Part shown: piece after piece, positions 14,421-27,743 of the stretch | How the letters are laid out: each line of letters begins with the position of its first letter | Position numbering within the stretch: the first letter of the stretch is position 1 | NCBI RefSeq assembly: GCF_000181795.1 | Contig: NW_003526943.1 | Coordinates: 8,411,472 to 8,475,471, forward strand | DNA length: 64,000 bases | Direction of reading: 5' to 3' | From: Trichinella spiralis | Taxonomy: Eukaryota | Position numbers and translations under genes: made by a program | The notes under the pieces: generated by a model | Databases searched by the model: none | Seen by the model: the letters and a program-made list of their open reading frames with translations, nothing else | What the model was told of the DNA's origin: nothing

Positions 14421-14750
14421 TACACCTTATTTATTCTTTTAATGTACTGTGTTTTAACTTTACCAAACTTAACCCCTCCCCCATAATATTAATTATAGAT
14501 AATATTAAAAAATGAATTCACTTGATTTATTGAACTAGCATATTTATTTGAAAATATTGTGAACCCGATATTTTCAGAAAAAATGATTTTATATTTAACT
14601 GAAAAACGTAAGTTCATCTTGCCCTATCCTAAAAATACAATTCCCTTGAAGGTTATTTTGTTTTACAAACTGCCAGCTTATAATCAATTCTTGGTGAAAA
14701 ACGATTTTGCTGAAAACTATACAAAAGTAAGCATACATGATGTGAACACA

Positions 14751-14956
14751 TGTGAACAATTTGTCAATTGTGCATTTTACCTTTGTATTAAAATCCGCCT
14801 TTACCAACATANNNNNNNNNNTTTCAACTTAATTTTAACGCATGATTTCACGCATATGCCTTTGTCAAACATTCTTCGCTTGCTCGTCACATCACATATG
14901 TTGGTAAAGGCGATTTTAATACAAAGGAAAAATGCGCAATTGACAAATTGTTCACA
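14751..14956. repeat. ~60-bp inverted repeat flanking the assembly gap (arms 14751-14811 and 14897-14956)
   Basis: The reverse complement of the left arm matches the right arm (tatgttggtaaaggcg..ttttaatacaaagg..aattgacaaattgttcaca) with one indel and two substitutions. Confidence 0.9.
14812..14821. other. Assembly gap (10 N)
   Basis: Run of n characters. Confidence 1.
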
Positions 14957-15697
14957 GTTGCAGCTTTCCAGCTAAACCATGGAGTGACAGCTACTAAATT
15001 GTTAGCATCTGATTAATTTTCTGATTTTAGTGTGGAAGTGTTCTATTCAAATCTTTCCAAGAATTTTACTTTTAATCTTTATAATGTTTCTTTCTTTTTG
15101 AAACATTCATCTCTGCTTCTTTTGCATGCCGATGAGGTTTGCTGTTTGTATGAATAATTTTGTTAGACGTTCACTTGTTACACAAAATAATTTGAAAATG
15201 CAACAACAACAACAATAAACCCTAAGCGCTGCTTCTGATCCTGAATGTTGAACATGAATTATTATTGAATCATTGAATTACAAGTTGAAAGTTTGCAAAT
15301 GCAAATGAAAAGTAATGGCAACTTATATGTTCACCAACTCTCTAGTTGGTTTAATTCACATGTTGAAAAACAAAGTTTACAATTTACACCAAATTTATAA
15401 ATAAATTTGTTTTTTGATTTGTAAATAGTTGTAGCTGTGGTGGTGCCGCATTCCAGATTTTTAGAACAGATTATCGATTTTCCTACATCATATCATCCCT
15501 AGAAGTGGAAACTGAATCGAGATAACGAATTTGAACAAGCAAAAAATTCAGTTAAAAACCGTAGGAGAGGGTTGACATTTATGATGTTGAACGGGTCCCG
15601 TACCAGAATCAGAATGGATGACATTCCTATGAACAATGTTTAAGGTCTCAATTAAAAGAAAATTTTCTTTTCTTTTAGTATTCTGTGTATAATCTTT

Positions 15698-15970
15698 ACA
15701 TCCGATAATTCTGAATTGCGTGTTGTAAGTAGCCGTTGCGGTGGATTGTCCCTTGTTTTTGAAGGAAGGGCATATAAACTGAAGCATACCCGCAAACAGA
15801 AAAAATATTGTGTAGTTGTTCCAAAGTATATTCTCAGTGTACAACATGTGTCCATTGTTATAAAATATTAGTTAACTTTGGTGAAGGTTAAAATACGGTA
15901 CAGGAGTGCAATGTGTATAAATTTAGAAGTTACGAATGCTATTAGTAAGAAAGATGACGTGGACTCACCA
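15698..15970 (+). mobile_element. Decayed N-terminal FLYWCH zinc-finger region of a Mutator-like (MULE) transposase
   Basis: Translation SELRVVSSRCGGLSLVFEGRAYKLKHTRKQKKYC and, after an interruption, YRSAMCINLEVTNAISKKD. This resembles the N-terminus of FLYWCH-MULE transposases. There is no intact ORF. Confidence 0.7.
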
Positions 15971-16370
15971 TTTCACTGAATTTCATTAAATAATTAATTG
16001 TAATTTCACTATATAAATATCATAAAATAGTAATTTTCTAATATATATACATATATACAGCAGATAAATAGTAAAGCTTTGAATATCAGAAAATTGACCA
16101 TTAAAATTAAATCAAAATTTGACAAATAGCACGCATTACAATGACAACCAGTAAAAATTTAGGTTTGCGACAACGAATAAAACTCATCGCAACAGCAACT
16201 AATGAAATTTAGCCGGCATGAATCGCAAGATGTTGGATAATTGTAGCTTATTTCTAAATTTGTTTTTAATTCCATATATTGCTGAAAATCCAATTTCGTA
16301 CAAGTAGGAAGTAGTAAAAAGAAACAGCACTTTTAATGCTGCGGTGATAAGAGTTGGATATGTGTTTTAA

Positions 16371-18047
16371 CCCTAATTTAGGCGGCAAATTTTACACCTT
16401 AATCCGGGCATCTATCTACATATGTAGACACTAGAAGTTTCATCATGATGTTAAAATGATTATTTTTTCAAGAACTAATGATAATTTCACAAATAAATTA
16501 TTTGTTTTGTTACATGCAAGCGCTACACGATATTTTAGTGATTTTATGGCTGCTACGTATATATTTTATTACATGAATAGCAGCGGTTTTACGTTGATTT
16601 TCGACGTTCTTGCTCTCGGCATTTTGATGGATTTTATCATTTTGTAACTAATATCTGTAACATTTATAATTTTGGGGCAGTCTGTAGCGGATGAAGGCAT
16701 GTTTAGTTTCTGCATAGATTTTTGATTTTGATATCTTATTTTGATGTGTTTGACCAGCTAAAAGCTCTCTCATAAAACGCTTCTTTGTCTCCTGATAACT
16801 TTGTTTATGTCTCATCAGTAAGAATGCGTTGCTGATGCACACCTCAACGATGAAGCACAACATCGCATGATGTATTTGTTGGTCTTTTTTTATAGCAAAA
16901 ATATTCTATTTTTGCATCCATGCTATCCACGCCTCCTTTGCCAAGATTATAGTCACTTATGATGTTTGGTCTTTTGAAATCTTGCTGGTTGTCTACTTTC
17001 AACTTTGCGTGGCATTAAGTCAACAGGAGAACACTGCTATTTTTCCTTGGCACGTAATTGATCATCGTTATTTTTTTGTTGTGCTCATAAACAGCTAATG
17101 TGGAGTAAGGATCATGTCGTGCTGCTTTACGCAAACATGCTAGAACATCACAGCGATGTGCAAACACTGTACCAATAGCTGTATGACCATGCTCAAAAAG
17201 ACGTTGCACAGTGGAATATAATGTAAAATATCGGTCCATAAAAACGTTTCTGTTAGAATTCACAAATGGCTGCGCCAATTGCCCAACTTTGGTGCTTGCT
17301 AGATCAATTTGGCGTTCTTCACTACTTCTGCCAGCATATAACAAAGCTTTCAGAGCATAACCATTCTCCGCGTCACATATCCAGTTGATCTTCACACTGT
17401 ACTTTCCTGGTCAAATGGTCAAATGATCAATACGTATGGTAAAATGCAAAAGTAGCAATCACAGGTTCGCCACAACCGATTATTTATAGCAATGAATAGC
17501 TGCATAATGGATATCGCTCATCCAGTTTTTAAAGCTGCCATAAACAACTGACTGTTTTTGTCGCATATTCAGCTAATAACAGTGACTCTTAAACAAACAT
17601 CAAGAAGGTTTGAGAGCACTGAGAGACACTCATGAAGCATTCCGTATTTATCTTTGGGGTTGACACCCTTTTTGACTAATCTACTCTATAAAATCCACAG
17701 AAACTTTATCCCAGATTTCATGAAGCACACGAACACGGACCACATTCAAAAATAATCAGAATGGTAACCTCAGAGCATTTTAGCTACTACAAACATGTGG
17801 ATTATTTTAGTATAATCATAAAAAAAGAAGGTGTTATGTGTCTACACATGTAGACAGGTGCCCGGAATATGAATAGTAAACATGAAACAACAGCTTAAAT
17901 ACGTCATAGAACCAAAAAATTGGCTGTGAAGATAGAGCATAAAATTTTATCGATAGTTTTGGAATGAATAAGGCAAATTTGTTTTATGTCATAGCACTGT
18001 TCCAAACATCGTTTGTCTACATATGTAGATAGGTGCCCGGATTGGGG
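16371..18047 (-). mobile_element. piggyBac-superfamily element, internally deleted and non-autonomous, with TTAA target duplication
   Basis: TTAA at 16367-16370 and 18048-18051, with ends CCCTAAT... and ...ATTGGGG. Inverted repeat ccgggca(t/c)ctatctacatatgtagaca at 16404-16430 versus 18014-18040. A transposase remnant lies inside. Confidence 0.9.
16480..17410 (-). pseudogene. piggyBac (PGBD4-like, DDE_Tnp_1_7) transposase remnant, C-terminal half only
   Basis: PGKYSVKINWICDAENGY..NRNVFMDRYFT..TAIGTV..YVPRKNSSVLLLT, an in-frame TAA at 17015-17017, then RPNIISDYNLGKGGVDSMD, a frameshift, ISNAFLL and Cys-rich tail remnants. Confidence 0.9.
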
Positions 18048-18800
18048 TTAAACTGATAGCCAAAATGTGTTAGTGTTTTACAATCAAAATTGACTTTAAA
18101 CGAAGAATCTTCAGAAAAATTGATTAATTCTCCATCTGGTTTTGGGGATATGACGGTACGGACAACATTTGCGTGCTGTGAGAAGCCGGACAGAACTAGT
18201 GATTCTCAGGTCATCAGTCATCGTGTAGAGCGACAAAAATATATTAACGTTTTCTGGACTTAATAAAACAGAACAATGCAAAACTGACATTAATTGTAGA
18301 CTGAGAAATAATAAATTTAGATATTCAGATTGGACAAATTAGTGTGAATGTGAAATGGTATTTTTTTCGTTATAAGAAAATATATGCTATAAATTATGAT
18401 GAAATATATGTATATATTGGTATGACAATTGCGAATCAAAATTACAATTTGTGCACATTGCAGTCAGCAAAGAAAATTTATCCACTCGTCAGCCATAGCT
18501 GTATTTAGTGATAATTGTGGTCTTTTGTCATTATTTATTTCAGTTTACTACAGTAAAAAATAAACACATCAGGGACTAAAAATATGCGTGCAAAAAGCCT
18601 CAGAAAACTCAACAAGCAGAAAATAAAATTCTAGCGCTTGCACAAAAGCGCTGCAAAAAGTACAAGAGATCTTGAAAACGTTTGCCCAGATTGAATGAAC
18701 ACAGTTTTGGCAGCACGCAGTTGATTACAAAAGAACCATCATAAGCAATTGATGCCTTTTGTTCAGATGAAGCGTTTGAAAAGTAGTGTAACATGTAAAT

Positions 18801-21800
18801 TTAGGATTCTGAACAAGCTTGATTTATACAACCAAAAGATTTATGCAAATGGGCTTTCTTGGTTGCTTGAAGCATTGGCACTTGATTTTTATGGGCAATT
18901 GAAATTGTGCACGGCTGCTGCACCCACGGCTCGCCGTCTATTTGCATCGGGAAGCGCTTTTTAGTTCTAATGATATAAAACAAATTAATAGTTTTCAAAA
19001 TCAAAATTCCCTGACAATGGTCAGTCAGTTTGTCAAGTGAACACTTACTTGATTATTGCTGAAGAACACTGGGCTAAGCGTTTCGCAGAAGTTCGCAAAC
19101 CCGCTTTAACTTGACCCATCGAAATGACACTCTGTATACCGACCACTTCAATCTTCTTGTCACCCATATCTGAAAAGAGAATGGCAAAATAATATTTCAT
19201 CTTTAAACAATTTAATCTCACCTTGATTATTTCCAATCAAATGGCAGCTGTTGGTCAAACTTTCACTATTCGGTCTCATGCCGAGCGAACCAATACCCCA
19301 AAAGCGTTTACTCTTCGCTGCATTTGCATTTCTCCCCCACAAATTACTGCCACCATAAATGCTTGGAATGTTCAAAAACGCGATACCCTCTAGAGGCGGG
19401 CCTGAGTTCAAATTCAAAGGCGAACCGTCACACTAGAAAAACAGCCACTTATAAATTATTAATAGAACTGTTTCAGGGTTCTGAACATGTGACTTCGCCC
19501 CGATTGTACTGCTTACCTGAATTTCAACGTATTCGTGCAAATTTTTGCACGTCGCTTGAAGAGATTCAGATGTTGCAAATTCAAAATACCACAACTTGTT
19601 TTTCATTCTGATAAAAAAAATCATTTCAAATTGATCAAAAAAATAAAACATCGACATAACATAGCATACCGACTGCTGAACTTTTCCGGATACTTTTCAC
19701 GCATCGTGTGAAAACGATGAGCAATAGATGCATCCTATTCAACGACGATGATACAGATGGTTAAAAAAATATGCAGATATATAAATATATAATAATATTG
19801 TAAAAAAAATTTCAATGCTTTACCACTCCAACAGAAAAATAATTTGTAATGATATTATTCGGCATTGCGTCACCTTTCTCTGAATCATCATTTTCTATCA
19901 GATTCGTTTCCCATCTATCCAAAGTGACCACTCGACTTTTCTCGATGCTTTTCAAAAATGCAATCAAATCGTTTCCAGTTTTTCCAGCAAATCCTTCGTA
20001 AAAAAGTACAATCAAATAAATAATAAAACGGAAATAATTTTAAAATACCTCCGCCCCAATTTAAGCATCTCGAGAGATCGTTACCAGTTCCCAAAGGCAA
20101 TACGGCTACAGGAGGCCGATTGTCCCCATAGTTGATTTGGTCTGAAAACTGTACCGTCAATTGATGACAAACGTACAGAAGGTTACTTCAACACCCATAG
20201 CGTCTAAGACCCATTTGACTGTACCATCGCCGCCGCAACATAAAATGTTCATGTTGGATATATTTTGAAACATCTGCAATCTTTCAAGTGGACCGTTGTT
20301 ATCGAGAAGAAAAACTTGCCTTGGATTGAGCAAATATTGCAATTTTCTATACAATCTACATGACCAAGAAATCACATTTAATAATAGAAAATTAATTATT
20401 TAAATAAACAAATTACTTTGTTCCTTGTTTACCACCGCTTTTCGGATTAAGCAATACAAGCAAAGGTTTGGTGTCTGGAGAAATATCGATCTCGAAAGAG
20501 GGCATAGCAGATGAAAGAGAACCATTATTGGTTGAACTGTTTTGTCCCATTTTGAAACTTTTTGAACTTGATCGTCGGCGCTCAGTCTGTAGCAGAAAAT
20601 TTTATTAAAGACCGGTGTCAACTTCGCTGAATAATTTTGCAAATTGCATACCAAAACCAACGGTACCAATGAAGTAGGTGGTAAAATATGATGTGCCAAC
20701 TTGCCAAGATTACACTTAACATCCCAGTCATTAAGACAACGTTGATGTATCTAGAGATGATCAATTTTTATATATTTTAACTGCCATTAATTTTATAAAA
20801 AACTAATATATTTTACTTCTCCTTTGCACCAGCGACATCGTTTCCCTTCCAATGCTTTTATGTGTTTCTTGCACCGCACACAACGTTCAGAACAATTACT
20901 ATCGACCCAGTGATGAATCATTATGCTTGCTTCGCGCTTCGATTTTGCATAAGTGCTTATACAATTGTTAGCTGCTCCTCCAGCACATCGTTCATGAACG
21001 GTATATTTACAAACTATTCAAAAGATAGAAAATCGTTTTGACAAAACAATGGATACAAACATAAAATAAATAAACACATGCAAGCAAACGTGAAGCAGTA
21101 ATTTTTTCATCCTATTCCAACCGCGTGCCTTTAATTAAGTAATGATTTAATGATAAAACTTCAACTTGTCTAACACAGACACATTGACAATATTTCTAAT
21201 GCATAAATACATTTCAAAAATAGAACTGACGAAAAAATAAAATAAAATAAAATAAAATGAGTACTTACGAGTGCAGCACAGGCCTTGTTTGCCTGAAAAC
21301 GAAACAAGCCTTTTCATGCACAGATTACAATAGGTAGGCTTGTTGAAATGCTTCAATCTCCACATGTGTGTTCCGTCTTCTCGTAAAGCTTGCTAAAGAA
21401 TTATTTGAAACATTTAAACTACGGTAGCTTAATTTTTTCTATTTTGAATTCAAACCGAATCAATGCCAAGAAGAACCAACAAAGGTACTGTAGTAAGTCC
21501 ACCTCTTTTCCATTCTTCCAATGAAACTGTACCGTCTGCATCATAGTCAATCTCTAGCAACATGTCTCTCAGTATCTGAATTTTGTTTTTCAAATTAGAG
21601 CAAAAATGAACTATTGAAATATGTTTACTGGCTTAAGTTCAACAGTATCCCAAGCTAAATGCTCAGCCACGCTCATCATTTGCTCAATTATGCATTCAAT
21701 TTCCTAAAAATTCAAAAGCATTCTGTTATAATCGCTGTGCTCAAATTTGACTTGGTTAGACTAATTACATTGCTATCTAGATAACCATTTCCGTCAGCAT

Positions 21801-24800
21801 CGTACAAATGAAATGTATCTAAAATGTTGAAAATGGTTTATACAAACAGATGAGGTGGTCTTCTGAAATGAATTTGAATTGAACATTTTTGTTGCTTCTG
21901 CAATAAAATTTTTGCAGACAACTGAACTGGATAAGTTGCTAATTTCAATTTGCAACGAACACTGATTGCTGTTGTGGTTGCTGTTGCAGTGTTCTGTTGG
22001 AAAAACAATGGCAATGTTCTATCAAATTTGCATAATAACAATAAAATTAACCGGAGGTACCAAGGGCAGAAACAATAAAAATGATTAGTATTATTCAGTT
22101 AAAGCGAAATATTCTTGCAATCAAGAAAGTTATACAAAATTATTTTGCAAAGTAACAGTATTAGATAAAAATAATTTGACTGATTAAAAGTCTGAATAAA
22201 TCCTTCGAATAATATGCATAAGAAATTAAATTAGCCATAAACTGTATTAATTTAATTTAATTAATAAAAGAAATATAAATTCAGTATTTAAATAATATTT
22301 TTTTCCAAATAAAAGAATTTTACTCACTATAAATTACTTCAGAACATTTCTGCTTGGAAAAATGCATTAATTTGAAATTTACCATCATGTCTCAGCCAGG
22401 ATAACACTTTATCCATCATTATGGTTAGATATTCACCCTAAGTTTTTGTTTTCCATTTTGTCGAGGATTCAGTTTAACAGTTTCATTTGTCAACTATGTT
22501 TTATTTAATAAGAACAATAATAATAGTGAACATTCACACAATCTGCCTGAATTGTGACACCATGCTATTATTATTTGCTTTTAAAATACAGCTTATGTAA
22601 ATAACATTTTCAAATAGAAATTAAATGTACATTTAAATTTACAATGTTCAAAATGCAACCTGTTTACAATATCAGAATAATTTAAATATTAAGAATAATT
22701 TGAACAAATTGAATTGAATTTTTTGCAAATTCAATTATACAAATGTTTAACCTTACCAGATTACTTTTGACATTATGTACTGAATGTTAACTTCACAAGA
22801 AAAGTAAAAACCTTATTATTATTATTATGAATATTATGAATTAATTATGAAATTGTAAGTTTTTGGTGAAAAAATCTGAAATAAACTAAAAACCAAAACT
22901 GAAATGAATTATTATTATTTTTAAACATTTTTACAACATGTATAAAATGTTCGTGGTTTTTAAATTTTCTTTATTCCATTATGCATAAACTGAAATTTTC
23001 ACATGGAATTTTGAAAATAGTAGAAATTGCCAACAGTCACATACAATCTCAATTAGCCTGAATTATGTCACCATGCTATTATTATTTGCTTTTGAAATAC
23101 AGCTAGCTCGTCTTGCATTTTCAAATAGAAATGTACATTTAAATTCATAATATTCAAAATGCAACATGTGTTTACAATATCAAAATAATTTAAATATTAT
23201 GAATAATTTGAACAATGTGAATTAATTAAATTCTTGGCAAATTGAATTAGACAAATATTTAACCTGACCCCAGATTACATTTGACATTCAAATGTCTGAA
23301 TGTTAACATGACAACAAAACTGAAAAACGCTTAATCTTACCCGATTGTAAGATTGATTTATGAAACAATGACGATATTTGCATTTCATCTTACTTGTTTT
23401 TTTCGTTTTGAAACATCATTAAATGAGACAGATCACTTTGCTTACATTCTAGTTTTTCCTCAGGTGTACCATTTTCAAGCAAGCTAAAGTAGCAGTCAAT
23501 ATCTTTAAGCCTAACTACAGTAGAACATTGGCAAGTGCTGGTCTCTGATTGATCGTTTGCTAATCCGAGAAAAAACAATCGAGATTCATGTTCTTGATTT
23601 CGACATTTTCCTGAAAACGCAACATTATGTTATGCAAATTTCATTTTACTAAACACTTTGAATATAGTCGTGGATGTTCAACTTGTTTTCTGATAACGTA
23701 AAACTGCTTCGCCTAGAGCTTGGTGTGCATGCAACATTCGAAACGGTTGACGCTGCCAAGCTTCCTCGGTCTGTAAAGTTTGAAAAAAATGAATTAAAAA
23801 AAGTACATGAAAAATTATATTTAGAAAACAAATAATAATAATTGCTTTTAGAAATGGAAACTAATTCTGCAGAATGCGTCAACTGTATATGAATCATTTT
23901 AGCATTCATTTCACCTAATGTAAAAGATAACGGCAACAGAACAACAACAACAACAACAGAAAACTTTCAAAAGTATGAAATAAAAAAATGTGATGCAAAT
24001 GGATAATAATTACACAAAATCAAGATAAAATGTGTCAAATTAACATCTGTAAGGTGATATAAAAGAAAAAAATGCACAAAATAGTATACCTGAAGATAAA
24101 CAGTATTTAATGAAATTCATATTTTTTTAAAATTTGCTATTGATGATGAAAAAAGAAGTGAAGCTTTTGATAAGCGGCAATAAATAAAGTGAAAACTAAT
24201 TTTAACGCATGTACAAACAAACGCAGAAGTAAGTAATTGCACAATCACCAAGAGAAATGTTGATAAATTTGAATAAATCTGCGTCGGCTACGTAAACACT
24301 TTGCATCAAAAATTACACTGCATGAAAATTTGGCTGTGCGTATTTTTATATAATTGACATTCTCTAATGCTGGACTGACTGTATGAGATATTTTTGCTTT
24401 CAAAAATTTGGGTAAAAAAATGGTAGAAAATTTGAAAAATTCAACATTCAATCACTTCTCTCCTCTTTACCCCTCTTCCCTCCCTCACTCTCTACTCTCT
24501 TGCCCCCGAAGTAAGGTTCGTAATAAGATAATTTTATTGTCTTGATGATTTATCACTTGTTGAATACTTTTACAGTTGTAATAAAATTAAAATTTTGTAA
24601 ATTATCATCTCCAGCAAAACCATCTTTATTTTTCACTTCAATGATGTAAGGTCATTGTGTATCACTTTTTCAAAGTTGCTCATTTGAAATATAATTCAAT
24701 CAAGTGAACGACATTTGTTTGAAATTTGAAAACGATAACGCCGTTGAAAATAATAAATAAAAGCAATAAAATCTTTCCACTGACACTCCCTCATTCATCA

Positions 24801-26826
24801 CAGTTGATAAGCTTCAAATAACTTGACAATCTATAGATAGATTTAACATTCAAAGAACATCTATAAAAAAAGAAATTATTTGTGAAATAAATGTTAAGAT
24901 GAAAATTGTCTTGAGCAGTGGAATAAATTTCCTTAACCAACAAAAAACCCTTTTTGCTCAGACTTTATTCAATTCTATTCATACACACAAACGCACGCAT
25001 ATACATAAACATATATATATATAGTGAAATTTACGGTCAGTTAACCTATTAGCTGAAAGTTTCAGCAAGCGCTGGTGTCAGAGGACCGGGCTGATTTGAC
25101 TCGGCTATGAATATGGACTATGGGATGGGAAAATTGCATTGGATTGAAAATGCAATTTGCAAATAAAAGTGAAATCAAATTTGAAGAAAACGTAGGCCGG
25201 TGCATAAAAACGGCCCTTTCGTTGTTAATTCGACACTGCATCTAATTTCCAATCGATTGCTTCCTCTCTTCATTCATTAAGCTTGACCGCTTTATCAGTT
25301 GATATACGAAACGCCGGCGAAAGCTAGTCAAATCAATACACCGCTTGTAGTAGCAATTAAAACTGCACGCTAATACATGCACATTGTAGTACAATGAACG
25401 CTCGACAAGCTTTCAACAATAAAACTCACCATGCATTAAGCAAATTGCTAACCGTTCATTAATAAATCTACACCTCGAACAGTTCAATCTGAAATTCTTA
25501 CGTCTACAAATGAATGAATGAATTTTTTTGTTTGTTTTTTTAATTAACAATTTTTTATAATTAATTTTTCATATTTGTAATGAAAAAATTGAACGGCCAT
25601 GACTCTTACCAATGAATGAATTGGAAATCTCGCTTGCTTTTCATTTGCCAATTTTCGTATAGTGTAAACAAACAAGAGAAGCTACGCTAGTATAAAAAGC
25701 TAGCTTTTTTTAAACAACATGCTTGAAATGAATAAACAAATGAAGAATGAATATTGTGCAAGAGAATTATTGCCCAAAGCACCAATATTCACAGCCTGAA
25801 TTTAAACTGCACTCAAAGCGGCAATTCCACTTGTCTATATTGTCTATTTGCATAATAGCACAAGTCGAAAATGTTATTATTACTGCCACTATTATTATAT
25901 TGCTAATACTAGTAACTTATTGGCTACTGGTGAGCAAAGCTGCACTGAGTGATGATATATGCAGAAATTATGTTATCTGAAGTTGTCAAAGGATTTGAAT
26001 CAATTTGAACAGGTATTAAAGATATTTCAGAAGACAAATGCTTGAGTAAAAATTGAATTTGGATCTTTTAAGCTAACCGTTTCGTTTCGTTTCGCCGATC
26101 GATAAGAATCGAAACTGGCACTCAGTGATGAGCAAAAACTGTTGAATGAATGAATGAATGAATGAATGAATAAATGATCAGCATTGAATGAATGAATGAA
26201 TGAATGAATGTATTTGTACGCGAAAATATGATTTTTGACATTGTGAATGATTTTCCTTACAATACAACTAACTGGACAGTAGATTTTACAATATGTATAA
26301 GCGAAAAAGAAAAAATATATGAAAAGAAACGGGAAACAGAAGTGATAGATATGCAACAAATCATACTTGTTTTGCAATTAGTTTGTGTGGTCGTTTGAAG
26401 AGCAACTTCGTCATCTTTGGTACGATCTTTGATGAAAGAACGAAAAAGATGCAAACACAGGTCGAATGGAATATCGGTTTCCAAGTATAAATCAAGCAGA
26501 GCTTTGAAACCTTCAAAATCGACCGTCTGAAAAGGAAATTAAAATTATCATCATGTTTCAGCATTTGGTTTGGTTCAAACCTCGTTGGGTCTGCGATATT
26601 TGGCCAAAGCACCTCCGTCTTGAAAAGCGACCATCACTTGTTTCAACTCTTTTGTACGATCTTGAAATGGAAAATAAAATTTGAATAATATTCCAAACAA
26701 AAAAACCACTGATCATGGTATACAAAGTAGATAGCCGTGAAGCTTTTCAAATTCAGCCGGTGTCAGCTTTCGCCATTTCACATGTTTGCCGCAGAAAATG
26801 CTTCGACCGCAAGCGGAACTCGTCAT
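18801..26826 (-). CDS. dgk-3: Type I diacylglycerol kinase (DGK N-terminal domain, EF hands, two C1 domains, catalytic and accessory domains), dgk-3-like; about 20 exons
   Basis: First coding exon [35 protein letters not shown] (ATG 26826), then [107 protein letters not shown] and PMQIDGEPW. Linker exons at 23.8-26.3 kb are uncertain. Confidence 0.92.
22530..23327. repeat. Diverged direct duplication of ~290 bp in a DGK intron (copies ~22530-22810 and ~23032-23327)
   Basis: Shared collinear blocks gcctgaatt, caccatgctattattatttgctttt, cattttcaaatagaaat, atgtacatttaaatt, aataatttaaatatta, gaataatttgaacaa, ccagattac and ctgaatgttaac. Confidence 0.9.
26143..26210. repeat. (GAAT)n microsatellite, two blocks
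   Basis: tgaatgaatgaat... runs read directly. Confidence 0.9.
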
Positions 26827-27743
26827 TGAGAATTTTGTACAATCTTTCTTTCCAAATGATCAGCCTCAGGGTAATAACAATAATAATACTCGGCGGACAG
26901 TATAGAATGAAGAAGCGGCATGCGAAGAAGGTGTACAAATAGCCTGGTCCAAGAAATCCCAGCGCAGCATGGCATACATCATGCTATTTATTGCTAAATG
27001 AAAGAAGAAAACGAAGAGCTATCTCTAAGTTCAGCGAACAAATAATAATAATAATAGTGATGGAATAGGTATGTCAGAAAAGAAGATCACTTTAAATTAA
27101 TCTGCGTCAAAACAATTAGAATTTTTTCACCGCCAATAAAAGCGAACCCGATGACATTGAAAAACATGCTTAATGATGAATAGATGTCAAGTTGAAAGAA
27201 TGGAAATTGTTCATTTTATTATGGATGTTGTTGCTGTAGCGGAAATGGTTGCTTATCGTTCTGGCCGCCAGTTGGGTGGCTTGATCAAAGAGATTTGGAA
27301 AAAAAAATCGATGCAATTGGTTAACAACTGCAGATCAGCTGTTTCTGGTCAGCAGTTTTTATTAAAAAATTAAAAAAGAACTTGTAAAAGTAGCCGACGA
27401 TGAGAGCAGAACATGGAAATATTTTCAGTTGAAATTATGAATAGTAGAATGAATGCATCATGCGAACATTTTTCTCCACATATTTGCCAATTTGTTTGTC
27501 GGCATAATTAATCCAACAACAACAACAACAGTGAGATGTGTAGCTCATTTGCTTCAATAAAATCTCAATCTAGCCAAGTAGATGTAGGTATGTAGTAGAA
27601 GAAGAAGTTGTAGAATAATTTTAAAAAGTCTCCCCCAACACTAATAGTTGTAATAGTGGTGGTGGTGGTGGGTGTGACGTCAAGTAGTGAATCAATTGGC
27701 CAGTGAAATTGGTAAAATAAGTTGACCTGTTCAAAAATTCTCA

